A stretch of DNA of 64,000 bases from a virus: positions 1 to 64,000 of IMG/VR virus record IMGVR_UViG_3300037961_005010; one strand, written 5' to 3'. This document shows positions 38,346-48,186 of the stretch, in pieces. A program made the position numbers and the translations under genes. Within the stretch, counting starts at the first letter, position 1, and each line of letters begins with the position of its first letter. The notes beneath the pieces are model-generated. The model was not told where the DNA came from, did not search any database, and saw nothing but the letters and a program-made list of their open reading frames with translations.

Positions 38346-39026
38346 ATGAAATTTCACACTGGCCCAGAGTGGGATGAGCGAGTTATAACATTAGAACCAA
38401 AAAGAAAAATTGGAGTACTATTATCTTCAGGTGTAGATAGTACAGTTCTTTTTAAAATGTTATGGGACAATTTTCCTACAATACAAATAAAAATATTTAA
38501 TGTTCAAACTAGTGAAAATCCTGAAAAACCTAAAATCACAGAAATATTAAAAAAATTAAGAATAGATTTAGACTTAGAGATAGTTGGCGAGTCAAGATGG
38601 AATTGGCCAATGAAATCGCACTATCCAAGACTATGTTTAGCTTTTCAAGAAATAAGAGATAATTACGACTGCGAGGAGCTGTATTGTGGGAATATACTGT
38701 CTCCTCATCCATATTTTTTTCCAAGATTTAACGAAACACAAAAAGGGATTCCTAAAAGAGTTTGGTTAACTAAAGATAAATTTTTAAAAAATCCTTTTGA
38801 GCATCTAGAAAAATATCACATCATTGATCTTGCAAGAAGAAATGAGTTTGAGTGGTTGCTTGATTATACTATATCATGCAACACTCATGCTGAAATTCCA
38901 TGTAAAGATTGCATGGGCTGTAGAGAATTAGAATGGGGTTATGAACAATTAGATAATCCTGTTGGAGTAAACTTAGACGATATGACTAAAGACGCAGTTA
39001 ATAAGTACGGTGATATAGGATGGTAG
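38346..39026 (+). CDS. QueC-like PP-loop ATPase with Cys4 zinc motif
   Basis: VLLSSGVDS (PP-loop), NPF.HL.K, TISC...PCKDCMGCRE. Confidence 0.7.
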   Translation: MKFHTGPEWDERVITLEPKRKIGVLLSSGVDSTVLFKMLWDNFPTIQIKIFNVQTSENPEKPKITEILKKLRIDLDLEIVGESRWNWPMKSHYPRLCLAFQEIRDNYDCEELYCGNILSPHPYFFPRFNETQKGIPKRVWLTKDKFLKNPFEHLEKYHIIDLARRNEFEWLLDYTISCNTHAEIPCKDCMGCRELEWGYEQLDNPVGVNLDDMTKDAVNKYGDIGW

Positions 39027-39574
39027 ATTTAAGAGAAAAATATAACGAAGCATCTAGATGGTATGAACAGAAGTATGTAAAAGGCGGATGGGTAAAAAAT
39101 CACTATATGAAAGATGAGCTTGATGCGTATAACTTTTGGATGGACAACAGAGAAGACGGCAAGATTATTTCTTTAGGCGTAGGTTCTGGACAAGATATTG
39201 AGATCTTAGGTAGTCCTGATCCTTCTAATTTTGTAGGTTATGATATATCTGAAGGTATGCTTAAAAATGCAATGATGAAGTTTCAAGCATACAATTTTTA
39301 TTTAAGAGATTGCAATGAAAAAATAAAAGATTCGTGTGACATATTAGTAAGTATGTTTGGAACTCCTAATTACATAGGACTAGAAAAGCTTTTAGAACAT
39401 TATGAAAATTTTGGTGCTAAACATGCGTTTTTTATTTTTTATGATGAAAATTACAATGATGGCATAGGAGAGAACTATCATAGATATACTATGGATCATC
39501 TTAAAGACAGATTATCTGAATTTAATCCTATAGTAAACACCTTAAATGAAAACTATTACATGGTAAAGTGGTAA
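39020..39574 (+). CDS. Class I SAM-dependent methyltransferase
   Basis: ISLGVGSG, GYDISEGML, DILVSMFG..NY. Confidence 0.75.
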   Translation: MVDLREKYNEASRWYEQKYVKGGWVKNHYMKDELDAYNFWMDNREDGKIISLGVGSGQDIEILGSPDPSNFVGYDISEGMLKNAMMKFQAYNFYLRDCNEKIKDSCDILVSMFGTPNYIGLEKLLEHYENFGAKHAFFIFYDENYNDGIGENYHRYTMDHLKDRLSEFNPIVNTLNENYYMVKW

Positions 39575-40272
39575 TGTTACAAATTATTGTGCATAAGTGG
39601 GGAGATTTCTATACAGAAAAATATATAGATTGCCTTAGAAAAAGTATCGATAAACACACCACAGTTGATTGGAACCTTACAGTTTTAAGAGATTATGAGT
39701 TGGGTTGGGATGTTTACAGCGAAAAGCATTTTAGAGGTGAAGGAAAGCCTGAAGTTGTTCAAGGTCCAAAGCTTGTCAATGGATATTATAATTATGATCT
39801 AGGAGGATTACCTTTATACAAAAAAATATATCCTTGGGTGCAGGACGAAAAAATAGGTAAAAAGAATGATGTTTTTATGTATTTAGATATTGATATGACT
39901 ATCAATGGTGATTTAAAATATTTTACAGAATTGAATTACGATAAACCATGGGTACAATATGATTACGACATCAATCCTCGTTTGCTAAAAAAAGATTACA
40001 AGAATCAAAACATAACCCCAATAAACACCTCAGTACTAACTTGGAAAAAAGGGCAGCTTAAACCTATTACAGATTTAATAAAAGATAAACCTGATGAAGT
40101 ATTTTTTACGTATAGAAGAGTAGACGCATATGTGTGGTATCAATTTGGAGTAAAAGATTTTTTTAATTATTTTCCAGTAGATAAAGTTGATTGGTATTAT
40201 AAAGGTACAAAATCATTAATAAGAAATTTAGCTGGTGAGTCTATTGAGTTGAAGGATGATGTAGTTGTTTAA
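39574..40272 (+). CDS. GT-A glycosyltransferase-like protein (KWG family)
   Basis: HKWGDFY..KY, YLDID (DxD), INTSVL.W. Confidence 0.7.
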   Translation: MLQIIVHKWGDFYTEKYIDCLRKSIDKHTTVDWNLTVLRDYELGWDVYSEKHFRGEGKPEVVQGPKLVNGYYNYDLGGLPLYKKIYPWVQDEKIGKKNDVFMYLDIDMTINGDLKYFTELNYDKPWVQYDYDINPRLLKKDYKNQNITPINTSVLTWKKGQLKPITDLIKDKPDEVFFTYRRVDAYVWYQFGVKDFFNYFPVDKVDWYYKGTKSLIRNLAGESIELKDDVVV

Positions 40273-41050
40273 ATATTTAAGAAAGTCTATAGGTTTAAAA
40301 TCCAAGAATAAAGTAATATGTGCAAAGTGGGGATCAATATACGATGACTCTTATGTAAATAAACTTTATGAAAAAGTTAAGAAGAACTGTTCTGTAGATT
40401 TTGACTTTGAGTGCTTTACTGAATTTGATGAATCTTGGGAAAAATACAAAAAGAAACATTATAGGGCATCAGTAGATCCTGATCATAGATTTGATACTAT
40501 TCAAAATGGTTATTATAGAGATGATTTTGGAGGCATACCACACTATCGTAAAATAACATTATTTAATGAAGATAGTAAATTTAAAAGTACAGATAGGATT
40601 TTATTTTTAGATTTAGACACTAATATAGAAGGTGACATAGGATATTTTTTTGAAGAATTAAATGATGAAAAACCTTACATAGTTTGGAATTACTGGTGGG
40701 ATGATCCATATTTCAAAGATGGCTATGAATGGAAAAGGCAATATCATATCACTAGGTGCCCGCTGTTTAATAGTTCAGTATTAAGATGGAAACCCGGTCA
40801 AAATAAACCCATATATAATTTTGTAAACAATAATTTAGATAAATGTTTTTTTACCTATCCTTCAATGGATACTTTTATGTTTCATCAGTTTGGTCCCTAT
40901 AGTTCCAAGGAAAGAGCTAACCATTTCCAATATTACAAGGAAGGTATAGTTACTACTAAAAGAGAACTAAAAGAAAATGAAAAACCTGGAATCATCAATA
41001 TGCTGGAAGGTATGACTTTAGAAGAGAAAAGAGATAATGTATCAAGTTGA
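40265..41050 (+). CDS. GT-A glycosyltransferase-like protein (KWG family, paralog of previous)
   Basis: CAKWG..Y...YV, FLDLD, FNSSVL.W; shares NGYY..D.GG.P.Y.KI with the upstream ORF. Confidence 0.7.
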   Translation: MFKYLRKSIGLKSKNKVICAKWGSIYDDSYVNKLYEKVKKNCSVDFDFECFTEFDESWEKYKKKHYRASVDPDHRFDTIQNGYYRDDFGGIPHYRKITLFNEDSKFKSTDRILFLDLDTNIEGDIGYFFEELNDEKPYIVWNYWWDDPYFKDGYEWKRQYHITRCPLFNSSVLRWKPGQNKPIYNFVNNNLDKCFFTYPSMDTFMFHQFGPYSSKERANHFQYYKEGIVTTKRELKENEKPGIINMLEGMTLEEKRDNVSS

Positions 41051-41669
41051 AGAAGTAGATGTAATACGTTTTTGTGATGTGCTGAGAGCACAAAGATATA
41101 AATCCGATTGGGAAGATTATTGGCAAAATTTGCATGATCAAATGCATGTGAATGAATTTAAAATACAAAAGTGGTGGGCTAATAAAATAGATCTAATAGG
41201 AAAAGAAGTTTCTATTTTAAATTCTGGCGCAGGTTTTTATTCGGTTCCAATGTGTTTCGAAAAAGGAGCTACTTTAGTAAGAACTTATGATATGTGCCCT
41301 GTTACTGATGAAATAGCATGGGAAGCTAATACACATTATCAACCAAACTATATACATTATGTTGAAGACGTAGTTTTTGATAGCCGTAAACTTAAGTGGG
41401 ATTTATCTGATGTTTATATTAATACAAGCTGTGAACATTCTTATCACATGAAAGATGTAATACCTGACGGTGTTGAAGCTGTTGTAAGTAGTAATAACTT
41501 AACAAAAAGAGGACATATAAATAAAGTCAACTCTATACAAGAATTAGTCAAACAATCAGGAATTACTGAAGTAAAGTTTCATGAAGAAATGACACTTGAA
41601 TACCAAGATGAATTAGGACCTAGAGAATATAAACAATTTTTTGTTTATGGATTGAAAGGCAAAAAATGA
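41037..41669 (+). CDS. Methyltransferase-fold protein (NTSCEH family)
   Basis: ILNSGAG, YD, INTSCEH, SNN...GHIN. Confidence 0.6.
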   Translation: MYQVEEVDVIRFCDVLRAQRYKSDWEDYWQNLHDQMHVNEFKIQKWWANKIDLIGKEVSILNSGAGFYSVPMCFEKGATLVRTYDMCPVTDEIAWEANTHYQPNYIHYVEDVVFDSRKLKWDLSDVYINTSCEHSYHMKDVIPDGVEAVVSSNNLTKRGHINKVNSIQELVKQSGITEVKFHEEMTLEYQDELGPREYKQFFVYGLKGKK

Positions 41670-42559
41670 AAAAGATAATCTTTTCTATATGCATAGACAT
41701 ACCTGAAATATTGCTTGACGAAACTGGCTATTCTAGACACTCTGGTAAAAATCCTTGGAGAGTTGGTAGAGCTGAAGAAACTAAAGACAAATTTGCGGCG
41801 TTTAAAAACTATTTGATGTGGACTCAAAAAGCATATGCTGACGAGATAGATGCAGATTATAGAATGTACTCTTATGATAAAGAGTTTATAGACTATTATG
41901 TTTATTGCAAATCTGTGCATGAAAATCTACCAATGTATCATATAATAAATTATTATAAAAATCATTTATTACAAAAATTATCATATGACTATGATGCTGT
42001 GTTTTATGTAGACATTGATGTTATACCCAGAACAGATGAAGATATTTTTAAAGTTCATGACATGAATTATCTGTATGCTAAAAATAATAATGATTTAGCT
42101 GAATGGGGTAAAAAAATGGACCTCACTAAATATAACAGTTGCGATAGAAATCCAGCTATAAAATATTGGAACTGCTACGCTTTATTATTAGAAGAAGGTT
42201 ACCATCCTGAAAATGACGTGATAAACACAGGCACTGTGATAGGAGGATCTGAAGTTATTCAATCAATGGATTGGATAGGTGAGTTTGAAGGATTGATCAA
42301 AAAATTAAAAGACTTGCAAGAGCAGAAAGTAACAATGTTTCCTGAAGCTATCTTTAGTAGATTTGCTTTTGATAATGAAACTATGTTTAGTTACTTGGTC
42401 AATTCTAAAAAAATAAAATATAAAAGTTTATCAGATGAATGGCACGGTAGATTACCTGATGATGAAATAGATCCTAGCCATAAAATGATTCATGCTATAA
42501 ACAAAAAGTTTGAGCTTATATGGCCAGAGGTAGATTATCAGGGAAGAAGTTTTACATGA
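41666..42559 (+). CDS. GT-A glycosyltransferase-like protein
   Basis: YA..I.ADY, YYK, FYVDIDV (DxD), INTG, DNET, W...H.INK. Confidence 0.7.
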   Translation: MKKIIFSICIDIPEILLDETGYSRHSGKNPWRVGRAEETKDKFAAFKNYLMWTQKAYADEIDADYRMYSYDKEFIDYYVYCKSVHENLPMYHIINYYKNHLLQKLSYDYDAVFYVDIDVIPRTDEDIFKVHDMNYLYAKNNNDLAEWGKKMDLTKYNSCDRNPAIKYWNCYALLLEEGYHPENDVINTGTVIGGSEVIQSMDWIGEFEGLIKKLKDLQEQKVTMFPEAIFSRFAFDNETMFSYLVNSKKIKYKSLSDEWHGRLPDDEIDPSHKMIHAINKKFELIWPEVDYQGRSFT

Positions 42560-43215
42560 AAATTTTCTGTTTAAGGATAGGTGATAAGTACGGTCCTGAA
42601 TATGAAGATTACATTAATAAAATGCTGGATGATTATGAAGTTGTTTGGATAAGAGAAGCAGTTAGTAAATCTATACCATTACAATGGAATAAAATACAGT
42701 TTATGAATTTAGATACCGATGATCCAATAGTTGTTTTGGACATAGATATAATCTTAAGAAAAGACTATAAAGAATTATTTGAATATCCGATTGAAAGAGG
42801 AGAGTTTCTTAGTATACCAGCTTGGTGGAATAGTAAATATCCTAAGTGGAAAATAAACGGAGGATTTCAAAAATACTATCCGAGAGATTGTAAATATATC
42901 TATGAAGCTTTTATGAAAAATCCAAAACATTGGATGATGCACTATATAAAGCAAGGACTAACAATAGGACCAGTTAACGGCGAACAGTTTTTTGTAGAAG
43001 AACATGTAAAAGATCATTTAGATTTAAAGTTAATTCCTAAGTCTTGGGTAACTAGATGGACTCCGGATGACACTATTAATAAGCACATAGAACTTAAGTG
43101 GGAAGAGTTTAATGATTCTAAATTAATAGAAGATGAAGAGTTTAATTCTGACATAAAACTTATACACTTCACTAGTTCTTTAAATAAACCTCATCTTACT
43201 TCTTTATGGAAATAA
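42556..43215 (+). CDS. GT-A glycosyltransferase-like protein
   Basis: CLRIGDKY..EY, WNK, VLDIDI, INGG, GEQ.F, LIHFT...NKP; ATGA coupling at 42556. Confidence 0.7.
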   Translation: MKIFCLRIGDKYGPEYEDYINKMLDDYEVVWIREAVSKSIPLQWNKIQFMNLDTDDPIVVLDIDIILRKDYKELFEYPIERGEFLSIPAWWNSKYPKWKINGGFQKYYPRDCKYIYEAFMKNPKHWMMHYIKQGLTIGPVNGEQFFVEEHVKDHLDLKLIPKSWVTRWTPDDTINKHIELKWEEFNDSKLIEDEEFNSDIKLIHFTSSLNKPHLTSLWK

Positions 43216-43239
43216 ACTTGATAAGCTCATCATAAAACA

Positions 43240-43247
43240 TATAAATA
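43240..43247 (+). promoter_or_regulatory. T4-type late promoter
   Basis: TATAAATA. Confidence 0.75.
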
Positions 43248-43276
43248 ATAAAAAAACACGTTTATAGAGGTATAGT

Positions 43277-43915
43277 ATGCCAAGAGTTTTAAGTTTAGAT
43301 GAAATGTTAAGAGATTCTGTAGACAGCGGAGATCTTATTGTCATATACGACGGATCAGCTGCTCAGGACGAGCCACTCCACAAAATAAAAGCTAGAGAGT
43401 TATCTAATGCGCTACAAAGTTTTGTAGACAGTGGAGATACTTTACACAGCGTAACAAACAACGGCAATACTACAAGTAATAGTATTACTGTTGGAGGTAT
43501 GACTGTTACTGGAGACTTACAAGTAGATGGTACTACTACAACTATAAACAGTACAGAAATGACTGTCAATGATAAAAATATTGTGTTAGCTGACGGTGCA
43601 GCAAGTGCCGCGGCGGCAAATGGAGGTGGCATCACCATAGATGGTGCTAACGCAACCATACAGTATAGTTCAGATAGCGATGTTTGGGCATTTAATAAAA
43701 ACGTAAAAGCTCCAAATTTACTATCTGATTTAAGTGGACAAACAACAGATAATTTATCTGAAGGTTCTACAAATTTATATTACACAAATAGTAGATGGGA
43801 TTCTGACTGGGATAGCGCTGTTGCTAGTAAACTTTCAGCAAAACTAATAATTTACGATTCTGCAAACGTAGCATTAAAAACAGTATATGGTTCACCCACT
43901 GGTTATGATGCCTAA
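43277..43915 (+). CDS. Tail fibre-type virion protein
   Basis: TL.SVT..GNTT, VTGDLQVDGTTTTINST...V.DKNI.L, TTDNLSEG.TNLYYT fibre motifs. Confidence 0.75.
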   Translation: MPRVLSLDEMLRDSVDSGDLIVIYDGSAAQDEPLHKIKARELSNALQSFVDSGDTLHSVTNNGNTTSNSITVGGMTVTGDLQVDGTTTTINSTEMTVNDKNIVLADGAASAAAANGGGITIDGANATIQYSSDSDVWAFNKNVKAPNLLSDLSGQTTDNLSEGSTNLYYTNSRWDSDWDSAVASKLSAKLIIYDSANVALKTVYGSPTGYDA

Positions 43916-43929
43916 TTAGGAGTTAAATT

Positions 43930-44874
43930 ATGGCAGTGAGAAAACCTTTAAAGTACGACGGAAGTGGTGGAATAAAACCTTTCTCCACTGGAGAAATTAA
44001 TGGGCTCATAACAAGAGCGATATATTCATTCAGTTTAGGTTCTGCTGTTACTCTATCTAGAGTTAATTCAGGAGGATCTTTAGGAAATATATCTGATACT
44101 CGAAAAACAGCTGGAGCTGCATTAACAAGCACAACCAGTACACCTCCTCAATCTTCAACTGATGACGTTGGAACAAATACTATAAATCATTCAAAAGTGA
44201 ATGAAACTGTAACTACAACTTCCAAACCTAGTAAACTCATGCCTCCGTTAGCTTATGCTACACCTGACGGTAATATAAAAGCTATGTCTGACGTTGATTA
44301 TTACGACACTATAGTTCATCCAGCTATAGATTTATTAGTTTCAGGATCTCTTACAACAAATCAAGCTGGTACTTACTTTATTTCAACAGCTACTAGTGTT
44401 TCAGGAGCTACGCTAGTAGATTCTAATCCAGTTTTTACTGATACTAGAGCTGATGAAACCTTGTATAGTGCTGGAGGAATTCCTGAAGATTTAGATCAAC
44501 CTAAAGTAATTCAACACTATTATTTACACGTACTAAATGGATCATCAGCAGATGTAACCAGACCATTGTGTATTTTAGATCAAAGTTCAGATCCTAACAA
44601 TGATCCTGGTAATTTAAGAGAATACTCTTTATCTGATTTAGATTTATATTTTAGAAATAGCATTAATTATTCAGCGTCTCAAGAAGTAGGTTATAGGATT
44701 AGATACTCATGGACATCTGGAACCACTAGAGGCTCTCTCATGCTAGACACGGCGTTAGATGGATCATCTTATAGAACTCTATTTGTCGATGCCGATGACT
44801 ATAGAGCACAAGAACATCCAGACGGTAATTCTACTGTAGTATCTAGTCATTCTTTGAAAATTTCTAAATCATAA
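43930..44874 (+). CDS. Virion structural protein, paralog of 36939-37877
   Basis: Shared motifs along the whole length. Confidence 0.7.
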   Translation: MAVRKPLKYDGSGGIKPFSTGEINGLITRAIYSFSLGSAVTLSRVNSGGSLGNISDTRKTAGAALTSTTSTPPQSSTDDVGTNTINHSKVNETVTTTSKPSKLMPPLAYATPDGNIKAMSDVDYYDTIVHPAIDLLVSGSLTTNQAGTYFISTATSVSGATLVDSNPVFTDTRADETLYSAGGIPEDLDQPKVIQHYYLHVLNGSSADVTRPLCILDQSSDPNNDPGNLREYSLSDLDLYFRNSINYSASQEVGYRIRYSWTSGTTRGSLMLDTALDGSSYRTLFVDADDYRAQEHPDGNSTVVSSHSLKISKS

Positions 44875-44877
44875 ACG

Positions 44878-44885
44878 TATAAATA
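44878..44885 (+). promoter_or_regulatory. T4-type late promoter
   Basis: TATAAATA. Confidence 0.75.
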
Positions 44886-44912
44886 GAATAAACAAGTTTA
44901 GAGAAAAATAAT

Positions 44913-45263
44913 ATGGCACATTACGAAGAAATCCAAATTGATCAAGGTGCTGATGTGGCGGTGGAAGTTCACCTTGTTGAGACTTGTGGACAAACAATAA
45001 AAGATTTGTCTGGTTACACTGCAGCCGCAAAATTAAAGAAAACATATACTTCAGATAGCGATGACACTACAGATTTTACTATTACTATAGTAGAAGACGA
45101 AGGCATTGTTACAATGTCTTTAACTAACACACAAACAGATGCTTTAAAAGCTGGAAGATATGTTTATGATTTAGAAATTATGACTACAGATTCTGATAAT
45201 GTGACGCTAATAGAAAGAGTATTAGAGGGACGGGCTGTTGTTACACCATCAGTTACAAAATAA
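44913..45263 (+). CDS. Conserved small virion protein (BppU-like Ig fold)
   Basis: IDQGAD, DLSGYT, GRYVYDLE, RVLEG...VTP.VT. Confidence 0.7.
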   Translation: MAHYEEIQIDQGADVAVEVHLVETCGQTIKDLSGYTAAAKLKKTYTSDSDDTTDFTITIVEDEGIVTMSLTNTQTDALKAGRYVYDLEIMTTDSDNVTLIERVLEGRAVVTPSVTK

Positions 45264-45269
45264 AAAGAT

Positions 45270-45719
45270 ATGACAGATAACAGAAACGGCTGCGCGCCGT
45301 GTGGAAACTCAAGATATGTACAATGCACGATCGTTAAAAAGGTTTGTGTAGGAACGCCAATTCGCGCGGTCACATCTTCTACTTCTTTATCTTTAAACGA
45401 TATAACTAATGTTAAACAATCTACTATAAGTTTAACAACTACAGCAGTACAACAAACTGCTGATTCATGGGCCATAACCATAGGAAATTTAGTAGAGTAC
45501 TTGGTTCAAATAAAAGTTGGATCAAAAATTCAAGCTTCGAAATTACTTGTATTACATAATGGAAGTTCAGCTAAATTAGTTGAATATGGTGTTTTAAGAT
45601 CAGATGATGATTTAGGAGATTTTTGCGCTGAGTTAGACGGTAGCAATGTTGTTTTAAAATTTTCTCCTACTTATGAGAACTCTGAAGTGAAACTTACAAG
45701 AATAGCAAATGAGCCATAG
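45270..45719 (+). CDS. Virion/fibre-associated protein
   Basis: EY.VQ...G..., LV.HNG....EYG, L.F.P fibre C-terminal-type domain; Cys-rich N-terminus. Confidence 0.55.
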   Translation: MTDNRNGCAPCGNSRYVQCTIVKKVCVGTPIRAVTSSTSLSLNDITNVKQSTISLTTTAVQQTADSWAITIGNLVEYLVQIKVGSKIQASKLLVLHNGSSAKLVEYGVLRSDDDLGDFCAELDGSNVVLKFSPTYENSEVKLTRIANEP

Positions 45720-45727
45720 GATAAAAG

Positions 45728-46339
45728 ATGAGTTGTAATACGTCAGAAAATTTTATACTAAAATCGGGTTTAGAAGTAGCAGATTCAGCTACTTTTAACG
45801 GCGTTGTTGATATATCCAATTTATCAGTTACTGATATCAATGGTATAGGTTTTCCAGATTCTGCAGGTGGAAGTGGTGACGTATTAATATCAGATGGAAC
45901 GTCTAACCTTACATATAGAGATGTTTCAAGCTTACTGTTCAACGCGATAAATGGTTCTAGCAACAGTAACTACATACTTAAAACTGATGGCTCCGGGACA
46001 ATGGAGTATGTTTCTTTAATTAACTTGCTTGTGCAGTTAGTAGGAAACTATGATTCTGGAGACATTATAAAAATTGATGGATCAGGTAATCTAGACTTTG
46101 ATTCCATTATAAATATATTATTATCAGCTCTAGGCGGGAATGGAAACCCTGATCAAGTCATAAAGACTGATGGATCTGGCAATCTTTCCTACGCAGATTT
46201 AGAAGATATTCTAGGATATAGGTTTAATCTCGGATCTGGTGCTGAAGACGGTGATTTACTTATTTACGATTCAGCAAATGAAGAATTTAGATTAAGCAGA
46301 ATATCGGAACAACACATAATTAACGGAGGCCAATACTGA
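45728..46339 (+). CDS. Tail fibre protein with four (K)TDGSGxLxY/F repeats
   Basis: SDGTSNLTY, KTDGSGTMEY, KIDGSGNLDF, KTDGSGNLSY; C-terminal INGGQY. Confidence 0.7.
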   Translation: MSCNTSENFILKSGLEVADSATFNGVVDISNLSVTDINGIGFPDSAGGSGDVLISDGTSNLTYRDVSSLLFNAINGSSNSNYILKTDGSGTMEYVSLINLLVQLVGNYDSGDIIKIDGSGNLDFDSIINILLSALGGNGNPDQVIKTDGSGNLSYADLEDILGYRFNLGSGAEDGDLLIYDSANEEFRLSRISEQHIINGGQY

Positions 46340-48126
46340 TGGCAACAATTATTAGAATAAAAAGGTCTAGTACCGCTGGGAATCCAGCAACGCTTGCTGC
46401 AGGGGAAATGGCCTATTCGAGTCTCGCTGGTGGAGTTAACAACGGCGGGGACAGATTATACATAGGTACAGGTACTGAAACGAATGGTGATGCAGCAAAT
46501 CATGAAGTCATAGGTGGTAAGTATTTTACCAGCATGATGGATCATGCACCTGGTACTTTAACAGCTAGCAGCGCAATATTAGTTGACTCTAGCTCAAAAA
46601 TAAACATGTTAAAAGTTGACAACATTCAACTTGACTCATCAACAATAGATACTTTGGACGGCAATGCCCTTAAAATGGGTCAGCAGGTCAATATGGAGTC
46701 TAACAAGATTATTAATCTTGGAACTCCTTCTGCTGGTACTGATGCTGCAACAAAAGCATATGTTGACGGAATAACTGGTGGTGGTTCTATTACACTTCAA
46801 GGTGCTGGTGATACTGGCACTGTAAACGTCAGCCTTGCTGATTCAGCTCTTTCCGTATTAGGTGGCACGGGCTTAACATCAACAGCTACAGGCACAGCTA
46901 TAACCGTAAATCTAGACAATACTGCTGTAACTGCAGGTAGTTATGGTTCTGCAACAAGTGTACCAGTACTTACAGTTGACGCACAAGGTAGAATTACAGC
47001 TGCATCAACAGCTTCAGTTTCATCAACTCTAAACGTAAAATCTGGTCAGGCTGGCGGTGATTCATCAGACATATCACTTATAGATTCTGCATTAACATTT
47101 GGAACAGGTACTGGTATTGATGTTTTTGTAAGTGGCGCAACTGTAACATACTCAGCTGAACTTGCTACTACATCAAATATCGGTGCGGCTTCATTTAACG
47201 GTAATGATTTTAATGTTGTAGCTGGCGCGGTATCTCTTTCAGGTAACATCGGTGGAGCATCAATTCCATTACAATTCTTAGTCGACGGCGGTGACAGCGC
47301 AGTTGCTTCTGGAGGTGCCATTACAATTAATGGTGGAGAAGGAATAGATGTTGTTGCTCCTACAGCTAACTCAATTAGGGTTGACGCTGAAGACGCTAGT
47401 ACGACTAACAAAGGTGTTGCATCCTTTGCAACAGCGAACTTTACAGTCTCTTCTGGAGCGGTTTCTGCTAAGGACATAACACTAGGTTCTACTACTTTAA
47501 GTTTAGGTGGTTCAACTACTACACTAGCAGGATTAACACAAATCGATGTTGACAATGTTAGAATCTTAGATAACACGGTTGGTTCTACAAGTGGAACACT
47601 CTTTATCGACCCAGCTCCTCTAGATTCTGATGCTGGTACAGTTATTGTACGAGGTGACTTACAAGTTCAAGGTACAACTACAACCATCAACTCAACAGAA
47701 GTTAATATCGGTGATAAAAATCTTAACTTGGCTGATTCAGCGGATAACAATGGAGAAGCTGATGGTGCTGGTCTTACAATCGGATCGAGTTCTTACACTG
47801 GAACTAAACCAGCATTTGTATACGACGGTGCTACCGATAGATGGGATCCAAACAAACCTTTAGATATTCCACACGCTTCACTAGACAGCGCAGTTTTCTT
47901 AAACGGTGTTGGACTTGGAGAAAGAATTGAAGATCATTTAGCCAATTCATTCTTACAAGCAGGCGAAGGTATCGATCTAAACTATGTCGATGGATCAAAT
48001 CAACTTACAGTTGCTGCCGAACTAGCTACAGTTTCTAACCCAGGTGTAGCATCATTTAGTTCTGATAACTTTACTGTCACAACCGGTGAAGTTACTATAA
48101 CAACAATAGACGGCGGAACCTTCTAA
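46339..48126 (+). CDS. Tail fibre protein
   Basis: IRIKRS...P..L..GEMAY N-terminus, DAATKAYVD, VTAGSYG..VD..GRIT, AT....G.ASF repeats, IDGGTF end. Confidence 0.85.
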   Translation: MATIIRIKRSSTAGNPATLAAGEMAYSSLAGGVNNGGDRLYIGTGTETNGDAANHEVIGGKYFTSMMDHAPGTLTASSAILVDSSSKINMLKVDNIQLDSSTIDTLDGNALKMGQQVNMESNKIINLGTPSAGTDAATKAYVDGITGGGSITLQGAGDTGTVNVSLADSALSVLGGTGLTSTATGTAITVNLDNTAVTAGSYGSATSVPVLTVDAQGRITAASTASVSSTLNVKSGQAGGDSSDISLIDSALTFGTGTGIDVFVSGATVTYSAELATTSNIGAASFNGNDFNVVAGAVSLSGNIGGASIPLQFLVDGGDSAVASGGAITINGGEGIDVVAPTANSIRVDAEDASTTNKGVASFATANFTVSSGAVSAKDITLGSTTLSLGGSTTTLAGLTQIDVDNVRILDNTVGSTSGTLFIDPAPLDSDAGTVIVRGDLQVQGTTTTINSTEVNIGDKNLNLADSADNNGEADGAGLTIGSSSYTGTKPAFVYDGATDRWDPNKPLDIPHASLDSAVFLNGVGLGERIEDHLANSFLQAGEGIDLNYVDGSNQLTVAAELATVSNPGVASFSSDNFTVTTGEVTITTIDGGTF

Positions 48127-48135
48127 TAATATAAC

Positions 48136-48160
48136 AGCCGGAGTTTTTACTCCGGCTTTA
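48136..48160 (+). terminator. Stem-loop (probable terminator or RNA processing site)
   Basis: AGCCGGAGT-TTTT-ACTCCGGCT perfect 9-bp stem; U-tail is short. Confidence 0.6.
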
Positions 48161-48186
48161 AACACTACCTTTTTTAAGGATTAAAA

